Origin: an uncultured archaeon
GTDB lineage: Archaea > Asgardarchaeota > Jordiarchaeia > Jordiarchaeales > Jordiarchaeaceae
Direction: 5' to 3'
Length of the DNA: 32,000 nucleotides
Assembly: GCA_964510585.1 (NCBI GenBank)
Contig: CAZECW010000099.1
Location: 4,278-36,277, forward strand
This document shows positions 16,566-26,285 of this stretch, piece after piece. Under the pieces are notes generated by a model that saw only the letters and a program-made list of their open reading frames with translations, was not told the origin of the DNA and made no database searches. Both the position numbers and the translations under genes were made by a program. Numbering within the stretch: position 1 is the stretch's first letter; each line of letters starts with the position of its first letter.

Positions 16566-17426
16566 GTGTCTAGGAGGATAAGAGTAGGATTAATAGGTGT
16601 CGGAAATTGTGCGTCAGCATTGGTTCAGGGCGTTTACTTTTATCAAAACGCTGACGATGATGATCAAATACCTGGACTGATGCACGTAAACTTTGGAGGC
16701 TACCACATTAGCGATCTGGAATTCTCAGTTGGGTTTGATGTGAACAGACATAAAATAAACAGAGACCTCTCCGAAGCCATACTAGCTCCACCAAACTGCT
16801 GCGCCAGATTTACCCAGGTTCCCCACTTAAACGCAGAGGTTCTGCCAGGGCCAATACTGGACGGAGTTGCGCCTCATATGCGTGAATCGTTCTACTGCTA
16901 CTCTGAGGATATAAAGCCAGTAGATGTGGTTGATGTTCTTAGGGAAACGAAAACAGAAGTCCTGGTCAACTTCTTACCAGTAGGTAGCACTCAGGCAACT
17001 AGGTATTATGCTAAGTGCGCCCTTGAAGCTGGAGTCGCCTTTGCAAATTGTATTCCAGAGTTTATCGCTTCTGATCCTATGTGGGCCAGTAGGTTCGAAG
17101 AGGCAGGTTTACCAGTTGCCGGTGATGACATTAAAAGCCAAGTGGGGGCAACGATAGTTCATAGGGTTCTCACACAACTTCTTATTGACCGAGGAGTGAA
17201 GATTGATGAAACCTACCAGTTAAACATTGGGGGAAACACGGACTTCGAAAATATGACTGTGGAGGAGAGGCTTAAAACCAAGAGAATCAGCAAGACCGAA
17301 GCAGTTACATCGCTTGTGCCCTACAAGGTTCCTGTAAGAATCGGGCCCAGTGACTATGTTCCTTTTCTCGGCGATAAAAAAATTCCAATAATAGAAACTC
17401 CTATGAAAGTGAGGATACAAGTTTGA
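16566..17426 (+). CDS. ino1: myo-inositol-1-phosphate synthase, C-terminally truncated (possible pseudogene)
   Basis: GVGNCASALVQG, NFLPVGS, GDDIKSQVGAT, QLNIGGNTDF and SKTEAV motifs. Likely start is GTG 16566. Ends after DKK without the DSPNSAG-containing C-terminus. Confidence 0.85.
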   Translation: MSRRIRVGLIGVGNCASALVQGVYFYQNADDDDQIPGLMHVNFGGYHISDLEFSVGFDVNRHKINRDLSEAILAPPNCCARFTQVPHLNAEVLPGPILDGVAPHMRESFYCYSEDIKPVDVVDVLRETKTEVLVNFLPVGSTQATRYYAKCALEAGVAFANCIPEFIASDPMWASRFEEAGLPVAGDDIKSQVGATIVHRVLTQLLIDRGVKIDETYQLNIGGNTDFENMTVEERLKTKRISKTEAVTSLVPYKVPVRIGPSDYVPFLGDKKIPIIETPMKVRIQV

Positions 17427-17447
17427 AACCAGTTTTGAAGAGTTAGG

Positions 17448-18182
17448 ATGACGATGAAGAAATTTGATTTTCACATACACACATGTTATTCGAAACATGA
17501 CAGATGGGGACTTGATTGCCTAAATACTCCAAGAGAGATGGTTGAAGCAGCAATTAGAGCAGGGCTTGACGGAATAGCAGTTTCAGACCATAACACAACT
17601 AGAGGAGGCTTTATTGCGGCTAAAGTTGCCAAAGAAATGAAAGAAGATTTTTTGGTAATCCCCAGTTTAGAAATTAAAACCAAAGATGGAGACATTTTGG
17701 CACTGGGAGTGCTAGAAGAGGTCGAGATAAAAAGTAGGTCTATCACCGCAGATGAGGCTGTAGAAAGAATGAGAGAAATAGGAGCGGTGCTGATTGCTCC
17801 TCACCCCTACAGCCGTGAAGGTGTCGGTGAAGCCCTAGTTAAAAAACTTGCATTTGACGCGATAGAAGTCTTTAATTCTAGAATGCTCTCGCGCCACAAT
17901 AAAAAAGCGAAGGAATTGGCGTTCAAGTTGGGATTGCCCATGGTTGCTTGCAGCGATGCACATATAGTTGACGATGTTGGAAACGGAATTACGGTTATAG
18001 ATACTAATGAACTTTCAGTAGACTCCGTGAAAACTGCCTTGCGGAAGGGTAAAACCCAAATAGTTAAAGAGGAGCGTTCTAGAAATCGGGCAAAAGAACA
18101 GTATTTAAAGCTGTGTCTCCTACTGGGAAAAATAAGGCCTCCCCCTTGTGAAGAAGAGTCGAACCACATATTGGAAACATAA
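17448..18182 (+). CDS. PHP-domain phosphoesterase
   Basis: DFHIHT, AVSDHN, APHP, IEVFNS and CSDAH motifs. Confidence 0.9.
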   Translation: MTMKKFDFHIHTCYSKHDRWGLDCLNTPREMVEAAIRAGLDGIAVSDHNTTRGGFIAAKVAKEMKEDFLVIPSLEIKTKDGDILALGVLEEVEIKSRSITADEAVERMREIGAVLIAPHPYSREGVGEALVKKLAFDAIEVFNSRMLSRHNKKAKELAFKLGLPMVACSDAHIVDDVGNGITVIDTNELSVDSVKTALRKGKTQIVKEERSRNRAKEQYLKLCLLLGKIRPPPCEEESNHILET

Positions 18183-18348
18183 GTTAAAAACACCAGAACA
18201 AAAAGCTAAACGTAGATGGACTTCAGAAAGTATGGAGCGAGGGTAGAGACACCAAATGCTCTAAAAAGAGAGAAGGGAGATATTTAACTTGTGAGTTGCT
18301 AGAATTCACTTTTCCTGCCACCTTGTTGCATGCAGACACTTTTGTATA

Positions 18349-19047
18349 TTAGCGGGAGTATTGTCTGAGGTAACCTTCAATATATTTTTTGACTTTGTCT
18401 GCGGGTTGATAAATGCCGAAGTGCCCCTCGCAGAGTATGTCTGCTTTCTGGTTGATTAGCTTTTTCATAGACTCTCTATACTTACCGATATCTGCGCCCC
18501 AGGCAGGTATGAGTGGTCCATGGATATCTTGCCCAAAAAGGACACGTTTTCCTTTAACATCTACTACTACGGATATGCTTCCGGGAGTGTGCCCCGGCGT
18601 CCATATGAGGTTGAATTGGAGTTGGCCAAATGTGATTCTGGTTTCTGGTTGATTTAACTTCATGTCTACGGGGCAGGGTTCAAGAATTATGCCGTAGGCT
18701 TCGGCTCCTGTTAGGAATCTTTCTCCTTCCTCTATACTTTTTGCATCTAACTCGTGGGCTATTACCTTGCATCCATAGTTTTTTCTAAATTTGGCCGCTC
18801 CACCTATGTGGTCTACATGTTTATGTGTGAGTATTAAGGCTTTGAGATTGGTGAGATTAAACCCCAGTGACTCAGCATTATCCACCAGCAGATTGTAGCT
18901 GGGCCCTGCGCCAGAATCTATTAAAACAAGTGTGTCTTTTCCACAGTCAACCAGATATACACTACAATCGGCGCTGTGCGTAATATCTGAGCCTCCAATG
19001 AGGTATATTCCTCCATAAACCTCACATATCCCATTCAAACATGCCAC
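18349..19047 (-). CDS. Metallo-beta-lactamase fold hydrolase
   Basis: THKHVDHIGG, TPGHTPGS and CEGH motifs. Confidence 0.92.
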   Translation of the reverse strand: MACLNGICEVYGGIYLIGGSDITHSADCSVYLVDCGKDTLVLIDSGAGPSYNLLVDNAESLGFNLTNLKALILTHKHVDHIGGAAKFRKNYGCKVIAHELDAKSIEEGERFLTGAEAYGIILEPCPVDMKLNQPETRITFGQLQFNLIWTPGHTPGSISVVVDVKGKRVLFGQDIHGPLIPAWGADIGKYRESMKKLINQKADILCEGHFGIYQPADKVKKYIEGYLRQYSR

Positions 19048-19282
19048 CTCACAAAAGGAAATCGTATCTTTGCAAACTTGTTACCCTACATTTCCATACT
19101 TTATTTTTCCCCTTCTTTTTTTGGGGAATTCGCTTTTTGTCGCTTCAATATGGAGACCAGGCATCAATCTTCATTTAACGCCCGTCACGTTAAGGTTTTG
19201 CAATTATTCGTGTTGAAATATAAAGATTAGATTATTTTGTGAATGTTACTGTTTTCTTTTTTACGTTGTACTATGTTATACT

Positions 19283-19996
19283 TTATTTGCTGATTTTGGG
19301 TGAGATTTGTTTTGCTGGTACCCCTGCCCAGAAGGTGTATGGTGGAATCTTTGTGTCTCTGGGTACGTAGGAGAATGCTCCCACAACTGCGCCTTCCCCT
19401 ATTTCTGCGCCTGGAAAAACTACGGTGTTTACTCCTACTACAGCTCCGTCGCCAAGTTTTATTTTTTTGAGGTAAAGGTTGTCGCGGTCGGAAATGTGAG
19501 GTATTATGAATGAGTTCGCCCCAGCAACTGCACTGGTTCCCATTTCTACAAGGTAGGGGTCAGATATTTTGTCTGCTGTGGCTCCCGGACCCATTTTGGC
19601 CCTCAGGCGTTTGTAGACGAAGGTGTTAAACAGGGTCTGACCTAATGGGGGTTTTCCCATGAAATAAATTGCAGCGTTTGTCAAGGAAGCATTTATTAAC
19701 CAGTTTCTAACGGTTTTGTTCTTCATGTCGACTGGGTGAAGCCCTTCCTCTACTGGTTTTAACTGAGCCCTCACCACCATTAGAAAGACTAGGTTGAATA
19801 CCCATTTGGTCATAACGTAGTAGAGAGGCGTTAACCCAATTAGGACATAGAATGGTAAATTCAGATAATTAACCATAAAATATGAGGCTAACATTATGGG
19901 AATCAGGCTTATCGCCCCGGAAATTAGGATAGACGCAGCCAGCCTTCCAACTACCCTGGGCGGATTTCTTAATTTTTCTTTTTCAATTCTGTGCAT
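19283..19996 (-). CDS. Hexapeptide-repeat (left-handed beta-helix) acyltransferase with two N-terminal TM helices
   Basis: IKLGDGAVVGVNTVVFPGAEIGEGAVVGAFSYV..WAGVPAK; AGGAGG SD. Confidence 0.85.
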   Translation of the reverse strand: MHRIEKEKLRNPPRVVGRLAASILISGAISLIPIMLASYFMVNYLNLPFYVLIGLTPLYYVMTKWVFNLVFLMVVRAQLKPVEEGLHPVDMKNKTVRNWLINASLTNAAIYFMGKPPLGQTLFNTFVYKRLRAKMGPGATADKISDPYLVEMGTSAVAGANSFIIPHISDRDNLYLKKIKLGDGAVVGVNTVVFPGAEIGEGAVVGAFSYVPRDTKIPPYTFWAGVPAKQISPKISK

Positions 19997-20279
19997 TTTT
20001 CAAACCTCCTAAAACTTCTTGGAAACAATTTTTCTAACTGGAAAAATAATAGGATACCTCTCATATATTAGGGATACTTTAAACCTCAAAAAATGTATTG
20101 TTACAGAGATTTTCCACCACCAAGGTTTATTTGATTTTCGTAAAGCTTTACCCCACCCACCGCAAAATAGAATATTGAAGGAACAAAAACTCTGTGGAGC
20201 GATTTACACAGTCCACGAAGGCTTCAAAACCTGTTTCGCCGAAAACCGGAAACGCAGACTCAAACCATTTACTGCTTCA

Positions 20280-20705
20280 TTATTCGAGGGAACGGAAAAA
20301 TTCTTCTATATCGGATTCTAGAGAACCGTGTTTTTGGTACAGCTTGTGGATTTCTGGGATGAATTCTTTGAATATTCCAACATTACCATTCCACTTGTCC
20401 AAAATTTGTGCGTATTTTTGGTTGAAGGCTTTCTCTATTTCGGTTCCAAATTTTTTGGCCTCATCTTCTGTGTCGCCCGCCACTACAACTATCACAGTTT
20501 TGGAAAAGGTGAAGGAGAGTTTCATTTCGCCTATGGTTATGTTGATTGTGGTGAGGTCTCCAACATTCTGTCTAGCCATTTCTGAGAGTGCTGAGAATAG
20601 TCCTCCCAGTAACACTGGATCTCCCTGTGCCAGCCTAAGCTTTTCGAAGGTAACATTTAGGAGGGCTTCCCCAGTATTTTTGAGTATCCAGACCGCGTAA
20701 ATCAA
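20280..20705 (-). CDS. Longin-like (roadblock/longin superfamily) domain protein
   Basis: 141 aa with TTG start. Pattern IYAVWILKNTGEALL..DPVLLGGLFSAL..F...KW.GNVGIF..F. Confidence 0.72.
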   Translation of the reverse strand: MIYAVWILKNTGEALLNVTFEKLRLAQGDPVLLGGLFSALSEMARQNVGDLTTINITIGEMKLSFTFSKTVIVVVAGDTEDEAKKFGTEIEKAFNQKYAQILDKWNGNVGIFKEFIPEIHKLYQKHGSLESDIEEFFRSLE

Positions 20706-21362
20706 CTATTTTTCCTCATTAACTTTTATTAGGAACTCACCACAAAAATTTTCGCCCAAATTAGGAGTTTTACCCTATCTACCAGCTGGTTTAACACTCC
20801 CGCCGCGAGTTCAGTAAAATATTATTTGCATAAATGTTTTTTAAACTTTTTGTAAATACATATTTATTACAATAATTTATAAAAAAACTTTATCGTCATA
20901 AAAATATACTTTTTTCAATATTTAACTTAACCCTTTTCTCTTTAGATATTTATTTGGAAGTACAGCAACAAAAAGAGGAGTTAAAACTCAAATAAAACCA
21001 ATTTATAAGCTGCAGCTTCAAAACCGACCGCACCCTATTTTACGTTGAAACATAATATCACCGATTAGATGGAGAAAACAAATCCAAGAACGGAGAAACC
21101 CACACCAAAAAATGTCGAGTACTACTGTGAATTTGGGATTAATTCACCAGTAGAGAATGTTCTGGGGTGACAAGTTTCGAACAACAATTCCCCCATCTGG
21201 ATCCAGCCTTTAAAAGAAACCACATAACAGTAAGTCCCCTGTCTCTTTTTTAGAGAATTTAAATGTTAGATGTTAGCAATAGTTTTTAAAAATAATCATA
21301 AAAAGGCGTTTTATTTCCGATGGGTGATATCTTTTCACGGGTATAGAATTTAGAAGGATAAT

Positions 21363-21450
21363 AAGGATGCGCCAAGAAGGGTGGTAAAAAAGCAGTTTGG
21401 GGGGAGAAGAGAGGTGTGGAGAAAAAACTACTGTTTCTTAGCGCATCCTT
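21363..21450. repeat. 16-bp inverted repeat (1 mismatch) in a 1.1-kb gene-free region
   Basis: AAGGATGCGCCAAGAA (21363-21378) and TTCTTAGCGCATCCTT (21435-21450). Confidence 0.7.
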
Positions 21451-21886
21451 CGCGTACACGAAAATGAACATAGATATAAAGATATTGTGGTAAAATTATC
21501 CGCTATACTCTCAAAGGAAGATATTTTGAATAGTAAAAAATGGGTTTTATTTTTATCTTTTTTAGATAAAAATGCAAAAAAACCTATGATAATAAGGCAT
21601 CAGTGATACTCCTCAAAATGACCCTTTAATCCCAAAAATTACGTTGTTAACTGGGTAAGGGTGGGGTTCTGGTCAGAGCATGCATTAATAGGAAAGATAA
21701 TAAGAATTGTTTTCCAAATATATATAAAAATTGAAAAAAAGACAATACATTTAGAGTTTGAAGAAATTGTAGAAAAAAGGCATATAATCTTTAGAAACGA
21801 TAAAATTTTGAATTCGCCAAAAAATGTTTTCACCAAATCTTTTAATCCAAATTTAAAGGTGTTTGATTATTTGGAGGATAAGCTGT

Positions 21887-23452
21887 TTGAGTGGAGAACT
21901 GTTGAAGAATGCTGAGGAAGCGGAGAAGGCGGGTGATTATGCTAAAGCCAGCGAGCTCTACTTGAAGGCGGGTAACGCTTTTCAGGAAAGTGGTGATCAG
22001 AATAAGGCGCGGGACTGCTATCTGAAAGCAGCGATAAATGGAGCTGAGGGGGTTGCAACTAAGGGCAAAGCTGATAAAGTAGGATTTTGCTACTTTAATG
22101 CTGGTTTGGCTTTTAGCAAACTTGACCGTCCGGAGAAGGCGGTAGGCTGTTTTGAAAGCGCCATTAAAAATGCTAGAGATGAGCCGTGGCTGGGCATGGC
22201 TTATTTCCAATTGGGTGTAGCTTATGATCTCCTTGGGGAAAGGGAGAAGTCTGTAGAGCGGCACGAGAAGGCCATACCATATTTTCTAAAGGCAGATAAC
22301 ACTAAAATGGTGGGTTTGTCCTATCTGAGCGTTGCCATGCGCTATTTTCTGCTAAAAAAGTATAAGCCAGCCATAAAGGCCTGTGAGAAGGCCATACCAT
22401 ATCTCGAGCGGATTCAGGCAGAAGGCTATGTGGGAGACTGCTACTACTATATGGGCTACTCTGAACAGAAATTGAACAGGAACATTGCCGCCATTGACTG
22501 GTTAAAGAAGGCGATTACCTACTACGAAAAAGTAAATCGGCAGGAGAGAATCGCTTCTTCCTATGCACAGATAGGATACTGCTACGGGGAACTGGGAGAT
22601 TACAAAAACATGCTCGAGTACTCCAGAAAGGCAATTGAAATTTTGGAGCAGGGGGGCGACAAAGCCATCCTGGCGAGTGCCTACGTGAATGCTGCTCGAG
22701 CCCAAATAAAACTAGGAGAAAAAACCGGCGCGACAGAACACCTGAGGAAGGCTATACCAATTCTTGAAGAGCTTCAAAACAGGGAAACTCTAGTCTACTC
22801 TTATGTTCAACTAGTAAATCTTTTTGACGAGTTAGGAATGTACCGTGAAATGCTTGAAGAGTTAGAGAAGAGCATTCCATTGATGGAGGGAGAATCGCCC
22901 CAAATGCTTGGCAACTGGTACTACAAAATGGGAAGGGCCTATAATGAACTCAAAATCCATGACCAATCACTTGAAGCATACATAAAAGCCCTTGAATCAT
23001 ATACGCAGGCCAAAGACGAGGAGAGTATGGGAAATGCCCAGATGAACATAGGTGGACAATTAGTTCACTTGAATAGATACAAGGAGGCTATCATCCACTT
23101 CGACGAAGCTATAAAACACTTTCAAAAAATAGGGGAAAACCAGAAAATAGGCCGCTGCTACTACAACATTTCACTAGCCTACATAAGAATGGAAAAGTAC
23201 AAAGAGGCGCTTAGCCCATCAGAGGAAACAATAAAATACGCACAAAAAACCAAAGATAACGAAATCGTTGCAGCGACACTATATAATGTGGGAAACATAT
23301 ACATCAAAATCAACGACGCCAAAAACGCCATGAAATATTTGGAGAAGGCAGCAAACCTCTACCAACAACTGGGAAACAGGGAACAAGCCATGAAATGCTC
23401 AGAAAAGATAAAGAGACTAAAGCTGGGAGTGTGGTTACCAGACCTCCCATAA
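21887..23452 (+). CDS. Tetratricopeptide-repeat protein (about 12 TPR-like repeats)
   Basis: Repeated A..Y...G..Y...G....A...Y.KA units. Likely start is TTG 21887 with GGAGG SD (track start 21863). Confidence 0.9.
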   Translation: MSGELLKNAEEAEKAGDYAKASELYLKAGNAFQESGDQNKARDCYLKAAINGAEGVATKGKADKVGFCYFNAGLAFSKLDRPEKAVGCFESAIKNARDEPWLGMAYFQLGVAYDLLGEREKSVERHEKAIPYFLKADNTKMVGLSYLSVAMRYFLLKKYKPAIKACEKAIPYLERIQAEGYVGDCYYYMGYSEQKLNRNIAAIDWLKKAITYYEKVNRQERIASSYAQIGYCYGELGDYKNMLEYSRKAIEILEQGGDKAILASAYVNAARAQIKLGEKTGATEHLRKAIPILEELQNRETLVYSYVQLVNLFDELGMYREMLEELEKSIPLMEGESPQMLGNWYYKMGRAYNELKIHDQSLEAYIKALESYTQAKDEESMGNAQMNIGGQLVHLNRYKEAIIHFDEAIKHFQKIGENQKIGRCYYNISLAYIRMEKYKEALSPSEETIKYAQKTKDNEIVAATLYNVGNIYIKINDAKNAMKYLEKAANLYQQLGNREQAMKCSEKIKRLKLGVWLPDLP

Positions 23453-23477
23453 AAGAGGAAATAAATTAGCCTCTAGG

Positions 23478-23759
23478 TTATCCTCCTCCCGCTGGAGGAA
23501 AAATAGCTATAACGTCGTCACTTTTGAGCTTGGTTTCAAGCCCCTGCTCAAAATCTATATCACGCCCATTATGAAGAATTTTGTAGAACTTTCTTATTCT
23601 CCCATCATCAAAAACAGCTTCCCTGAACGCCTTTCCATAAATTTCCACCAGTTTCTCGAGAAGCATCCCAACATTTTCAACTCCTTCCATCTCGATCTCC
23701 TTGACCCCCGTTATGTTTCTTAGATTAGCAAAAAACTTTACCTTCAAAATCGTTTTCAC
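23478..23759 (-). CDS. moaD: MoaD/ThiS/SAMP-family ubiquitin-like sulfur carrier
   Basis: VKFFANLR..ILHNG..DVIAIFPPAGGG with a C-terminal GG; downstream of AOR. Confidence 0.9.
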   Translation of the reverse strand: MKTILKVKFFANLRNITGVKEIEMEGVENVGMLLEKLVEIYGKAFREAVFDDGRIRKFYKILHNGRDIDFEQGLETKLKSDDVIAIFPPAGGG

Positions 23760-23879
23760 CTACCTAGCCAATTCTTATAACCTAGGTAATATTTTTGTTT
23801 AACACTAAAAAAGCATATCTAAAAAAGAAAAAAAGAAAAATTTTTCATCCATTTGTAGCAACTAAAATAAGGACAAATA

Positions 23880-24218
23880 TTAGCCTGCTGCTCTCATAGT
23901 GTAGAGTTTGAGCCGAGCAGAAACGTAGTCAAATATTTCCTTCTCTCTCTCGGGATTTTCAGAGTTAACATCAATTGTGACCGTGGTTATGGCAAGCTTG
24001 TCAAAATGCTTGGGGAACGGAGGAAAATGCTTCCTCTCGTAGACAACCTCGGCCCTTATTAGGGCATCTTGAAGCTTAGCCTCATATGTTTTAACCAGTT
24101 TACTTTTCTCAGAGCCCGTCTCATTAAAAAATTCAATCTTAGCTCCAAGCTCATTTAGAATCATTTCAATATACAGCCACACACCGTAAATATAGCGGTA
24201 CTCCTTCTCTAATCTCAT
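23880..24218 (-). CDS. Hypothetical protein, possibly the DUF1952/MoaD-related family found in AOR clusters
   Basis: 112 aa between aor and moaD; E.R.I...L.....LG N-terminus; ends in MRAAG. Confidence 0.7.
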   Translation of the reverse strand: MRLEKEYRYIYGVWLYIEMILNELGAKIEFFNETGSEKSKLVKTYEAKLQDALIRAEVVYERKHFPPFPKHFDKLAITTVTIDVNSENPEREKEIFDYVSARLKLYTMRAAG

Positions 24219-24291
24219 TAAAACACCACAAGATAAACACCTATACGCTTACGCGTTTCAAAGTACAAAAAAATAAAGGGGGGAGAAGAGT

Positions 24292-26091
24292 TTAGATTCC
24301 GAGCTCCTTTATTTTCTCCTGTGTTGGGACGCCGTTTTCGTCCCATCCTCTTACCTTATAGTACTTTGGAAGCATTTTATCAAGTTCTACAACGTGACCC
24401 TTAGCTGGGCCCTCAGGCATGGGCTCTTTAAGCAGTCTTTTGGGTAGAGTGTCGTCCTCAGCAGTAAATCCTGCCTTGATGTTGAAAAGTCTCTCAACGT
24501 TCCAGATACGCTCGCCTATCTTCATTACTTCCTCTACAGTGAAATCAAAACCTGTTGCCGCCGCAAGCAAAGCGGTATATTCTGGGGCTCCAATAGCGAA
24601 TGAAGTAAACAGGCACATGCCACTAGAGTCAATAACAGCTGTCAAGTCTTGGAAGTTTTTAACCCAGACTTCCTTTCCCTCCGTAGCGAAACGATCGAGT
24701 TTTTCGGGTATTCCAAGAATTTCGGGTGAGATCATATATCCACGAACATGGTTACCGCCGCTTGTACAGGTAGCGTATTGTAATCCGTGTCCTTTAGCTC
24801 CACGTGGATCATATGCTGGGAGTTCTTGACCCTTAACGCTCATGGAGAGCTCTGGTGCTCCATACTTTTCGGCAAGTCTTAATGAGCCCTCAGCTAGCTC
24901 ATTTCCGAACCCTTCTCTTTTTCCGGTCTTTTCCGTCAATTCTACTATGGCGTCTCCATCGCCCCAATTCAGCTCTCTGCCAGCCTTATCCTTTTTGAGT
25001 TTTCCTCTCTGATATAACTCCATGGCGCACCCTATAGTGCTTCCCATAGATATGGTGTCAAGTCCCAGCTCATTGCAGAGATAGTTAGCCTTGGATATTG
25101 GGGCAAGATCTCCCACTCCACACTGTGCACCGTAGGCCCAGACGGTTTCGTACTCTGGCCCCTCTCCCGCGGATTTGTATTTTCCAGATTTTATTTCTGT
25201 TACTCTCCCGCAACCAATGGGGCATGCAAAACAAGCAGCTCTTTTTGTGAGAATGGTTTTTTCCATGGTTTCTCCGCTTATTTTATCTGCTTCTGGAAAG
25301 ACTCCGGTCTGGAAGTTTCTTGTCGGGAAAAGCCCGTTTTCATTTATTATATTCACCAGTATGGCTGTGCCATAGGTGGGTAAACCTTGTCCAGTCACAG
25401 AGTGCTCTTTTATCATTTTTAGGGCGGTATCATGAGCCTTCTTAAAAGCATCCTTGTCTGCTGGCTCAATTTTTTGGGTTCCTTTTACCGCTATTGCCTT
25501 CAGGTTTTTGCTTCCCATAACTGCGCCGGTTCCGCCTCTCCCAGCCGCTCGGTGTTTGTCATTTATAACACATGCGATTCGAGAGAGCTTTTCCCCAGCG
25601 GGTCCTATGCAGGCAACCCTATAGTCTTTCCCTAGCTCCTTTTGAAGCATATCAGTGGTTGTATGTGTATCTTTTCCCCATAGTTTTTCTGCTGACTTTA
25701 ACTCATATTTGTCATCGGTTATCTGAAGGTAGACTGGTTTCTTGGCCTTGTTCTCGAAAACTATTACATCTACTCCTGCCCTTCTAAGATAGGCAGCCCA
25801 CTCTCCTCCAGAGTTGGCTCCGGTAATTGTTCCTGTCAAGGGAGACTTGCAAGATACTTCGTATCGGCCACCGGTGGGCGCCGCTGTTCCTGTTAATGGT
25901 CCTGCGGCGAATATAAGTTTATTTTTTGGACTTAGAGGGTCGATGGTAGGGTCGACCTCGTCGTATAGTATTTTTGCTCCGATTCCTCTTCCACCGAGGT
26001 ATTTTCTTGTTAACTCGTCAGGTATTGTTGATTTTTTGATATCTCCGGTGGCAAGGTTTACTCTTAGCATTGTTGCTTTATATTTTGCCAT
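24292..26091 (-). CDS. aor: Tungsten-containing aldehyde:ferredoxin oxidoreductase
   Basis: LGGRGIG, SPLTG, GAVMGSKNLKAI, CFACPIGC, GPEYET, GLDTIS, PAYDPR and DSSGMC motifs. Confidence 0.97.
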   Translation of the reverse strand: MAKYKATMLRVNLATGDIKKSTIPDELTRKYLGGRGIGAKILYDEVDPTIDPLSPKNKLIFAAGPLTGTAAPTGGRYEVSCKSPLTGTITGANSGGEWAAYLRRAGVDVIVFENKAKKPVYLQITDDKYELKSAEKLWGKDTHTTTDMLQKELGKDYRVACIGPAGEKLSRIACVINDKHRAAGRGGTGAVMGSKNLKAIAVKGTQKIEPADKDAFKKAHDTALKMIKEHSVTGQGLPTYGTAILVNIINENGLFPTRNFQTGVFPEADKISGETMEKTILTKRAACFACPIGCGRVTEIKSGKYKSAGEGPEYETVWAYGAQCGVGDLAPISKANYLCNELGLDTISMGSTIGCAMELYQRGKLKKDKAGRELNWGDGDAIVELTEKTGKREGFGNELAEGSLRLAEKYGAPELSMSVKGQELPAYDPRGAKGHGLQYATCTSGGNHVRGYMISPEILGIPEKLDRFATEGKEVWVKNFQDLTAVIDSSGMCLFTSFAIGAPEYTALLAAATGFDFTVEEVMKIGERIWNVERLFNIKAGFTAEDDTLPKRLLKEPMPEGPAKGHVVELDKMLPKYYKVRGWDENGVPTQEKIKELGI

Positions 26092-26153
26092 AAATATCCT
26101 CCCAAATTTTTATGAACGGCGCTATAATATGGGTATAAATTCAGATATAAATA

Positions 26154-26181
26154 ATCGTTATGCACCAAAATTCATAACGTA
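26154..26181. promoter_or_regulatory. ModE-box-like palindrome next to the aor TATA box
   Basis: ATCGTTATG-CACCAAAATT-CATAACGTA contains a perfect 7-bp inverted repeat with a 24-bp CG-to-CG span; TTTATAT lies on the minus strand just downstream (about 26145-26151). Confidence 0.55.
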
Positions 26182-26285
26182 GAAGTATGTGACCGTAACT
26201 TCCCAAAGGGGAGAATTATAAATGAGAAAAATTAAAAGGCGGAGGCAAGAATCTATTTTAAACAAATTTGTTTTTCGTGATATTT

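Noticed and set aside
19175-19193. Palindrome TTAACG-N7-CGTTAA upstream of the MBL gene
   Set aside because: A single short inverted repeat with no second copy or linked regulator, so it is compatible with chance.
21661-21915. 84-aa ORF upstream of the TPR gene, and the 21286..21471, 21639..21836 and 21842..22264 ORFs
   Set aside because: They lie in AT-rich intergenic or antisense frames overlapping the TPR start and show no family signal.
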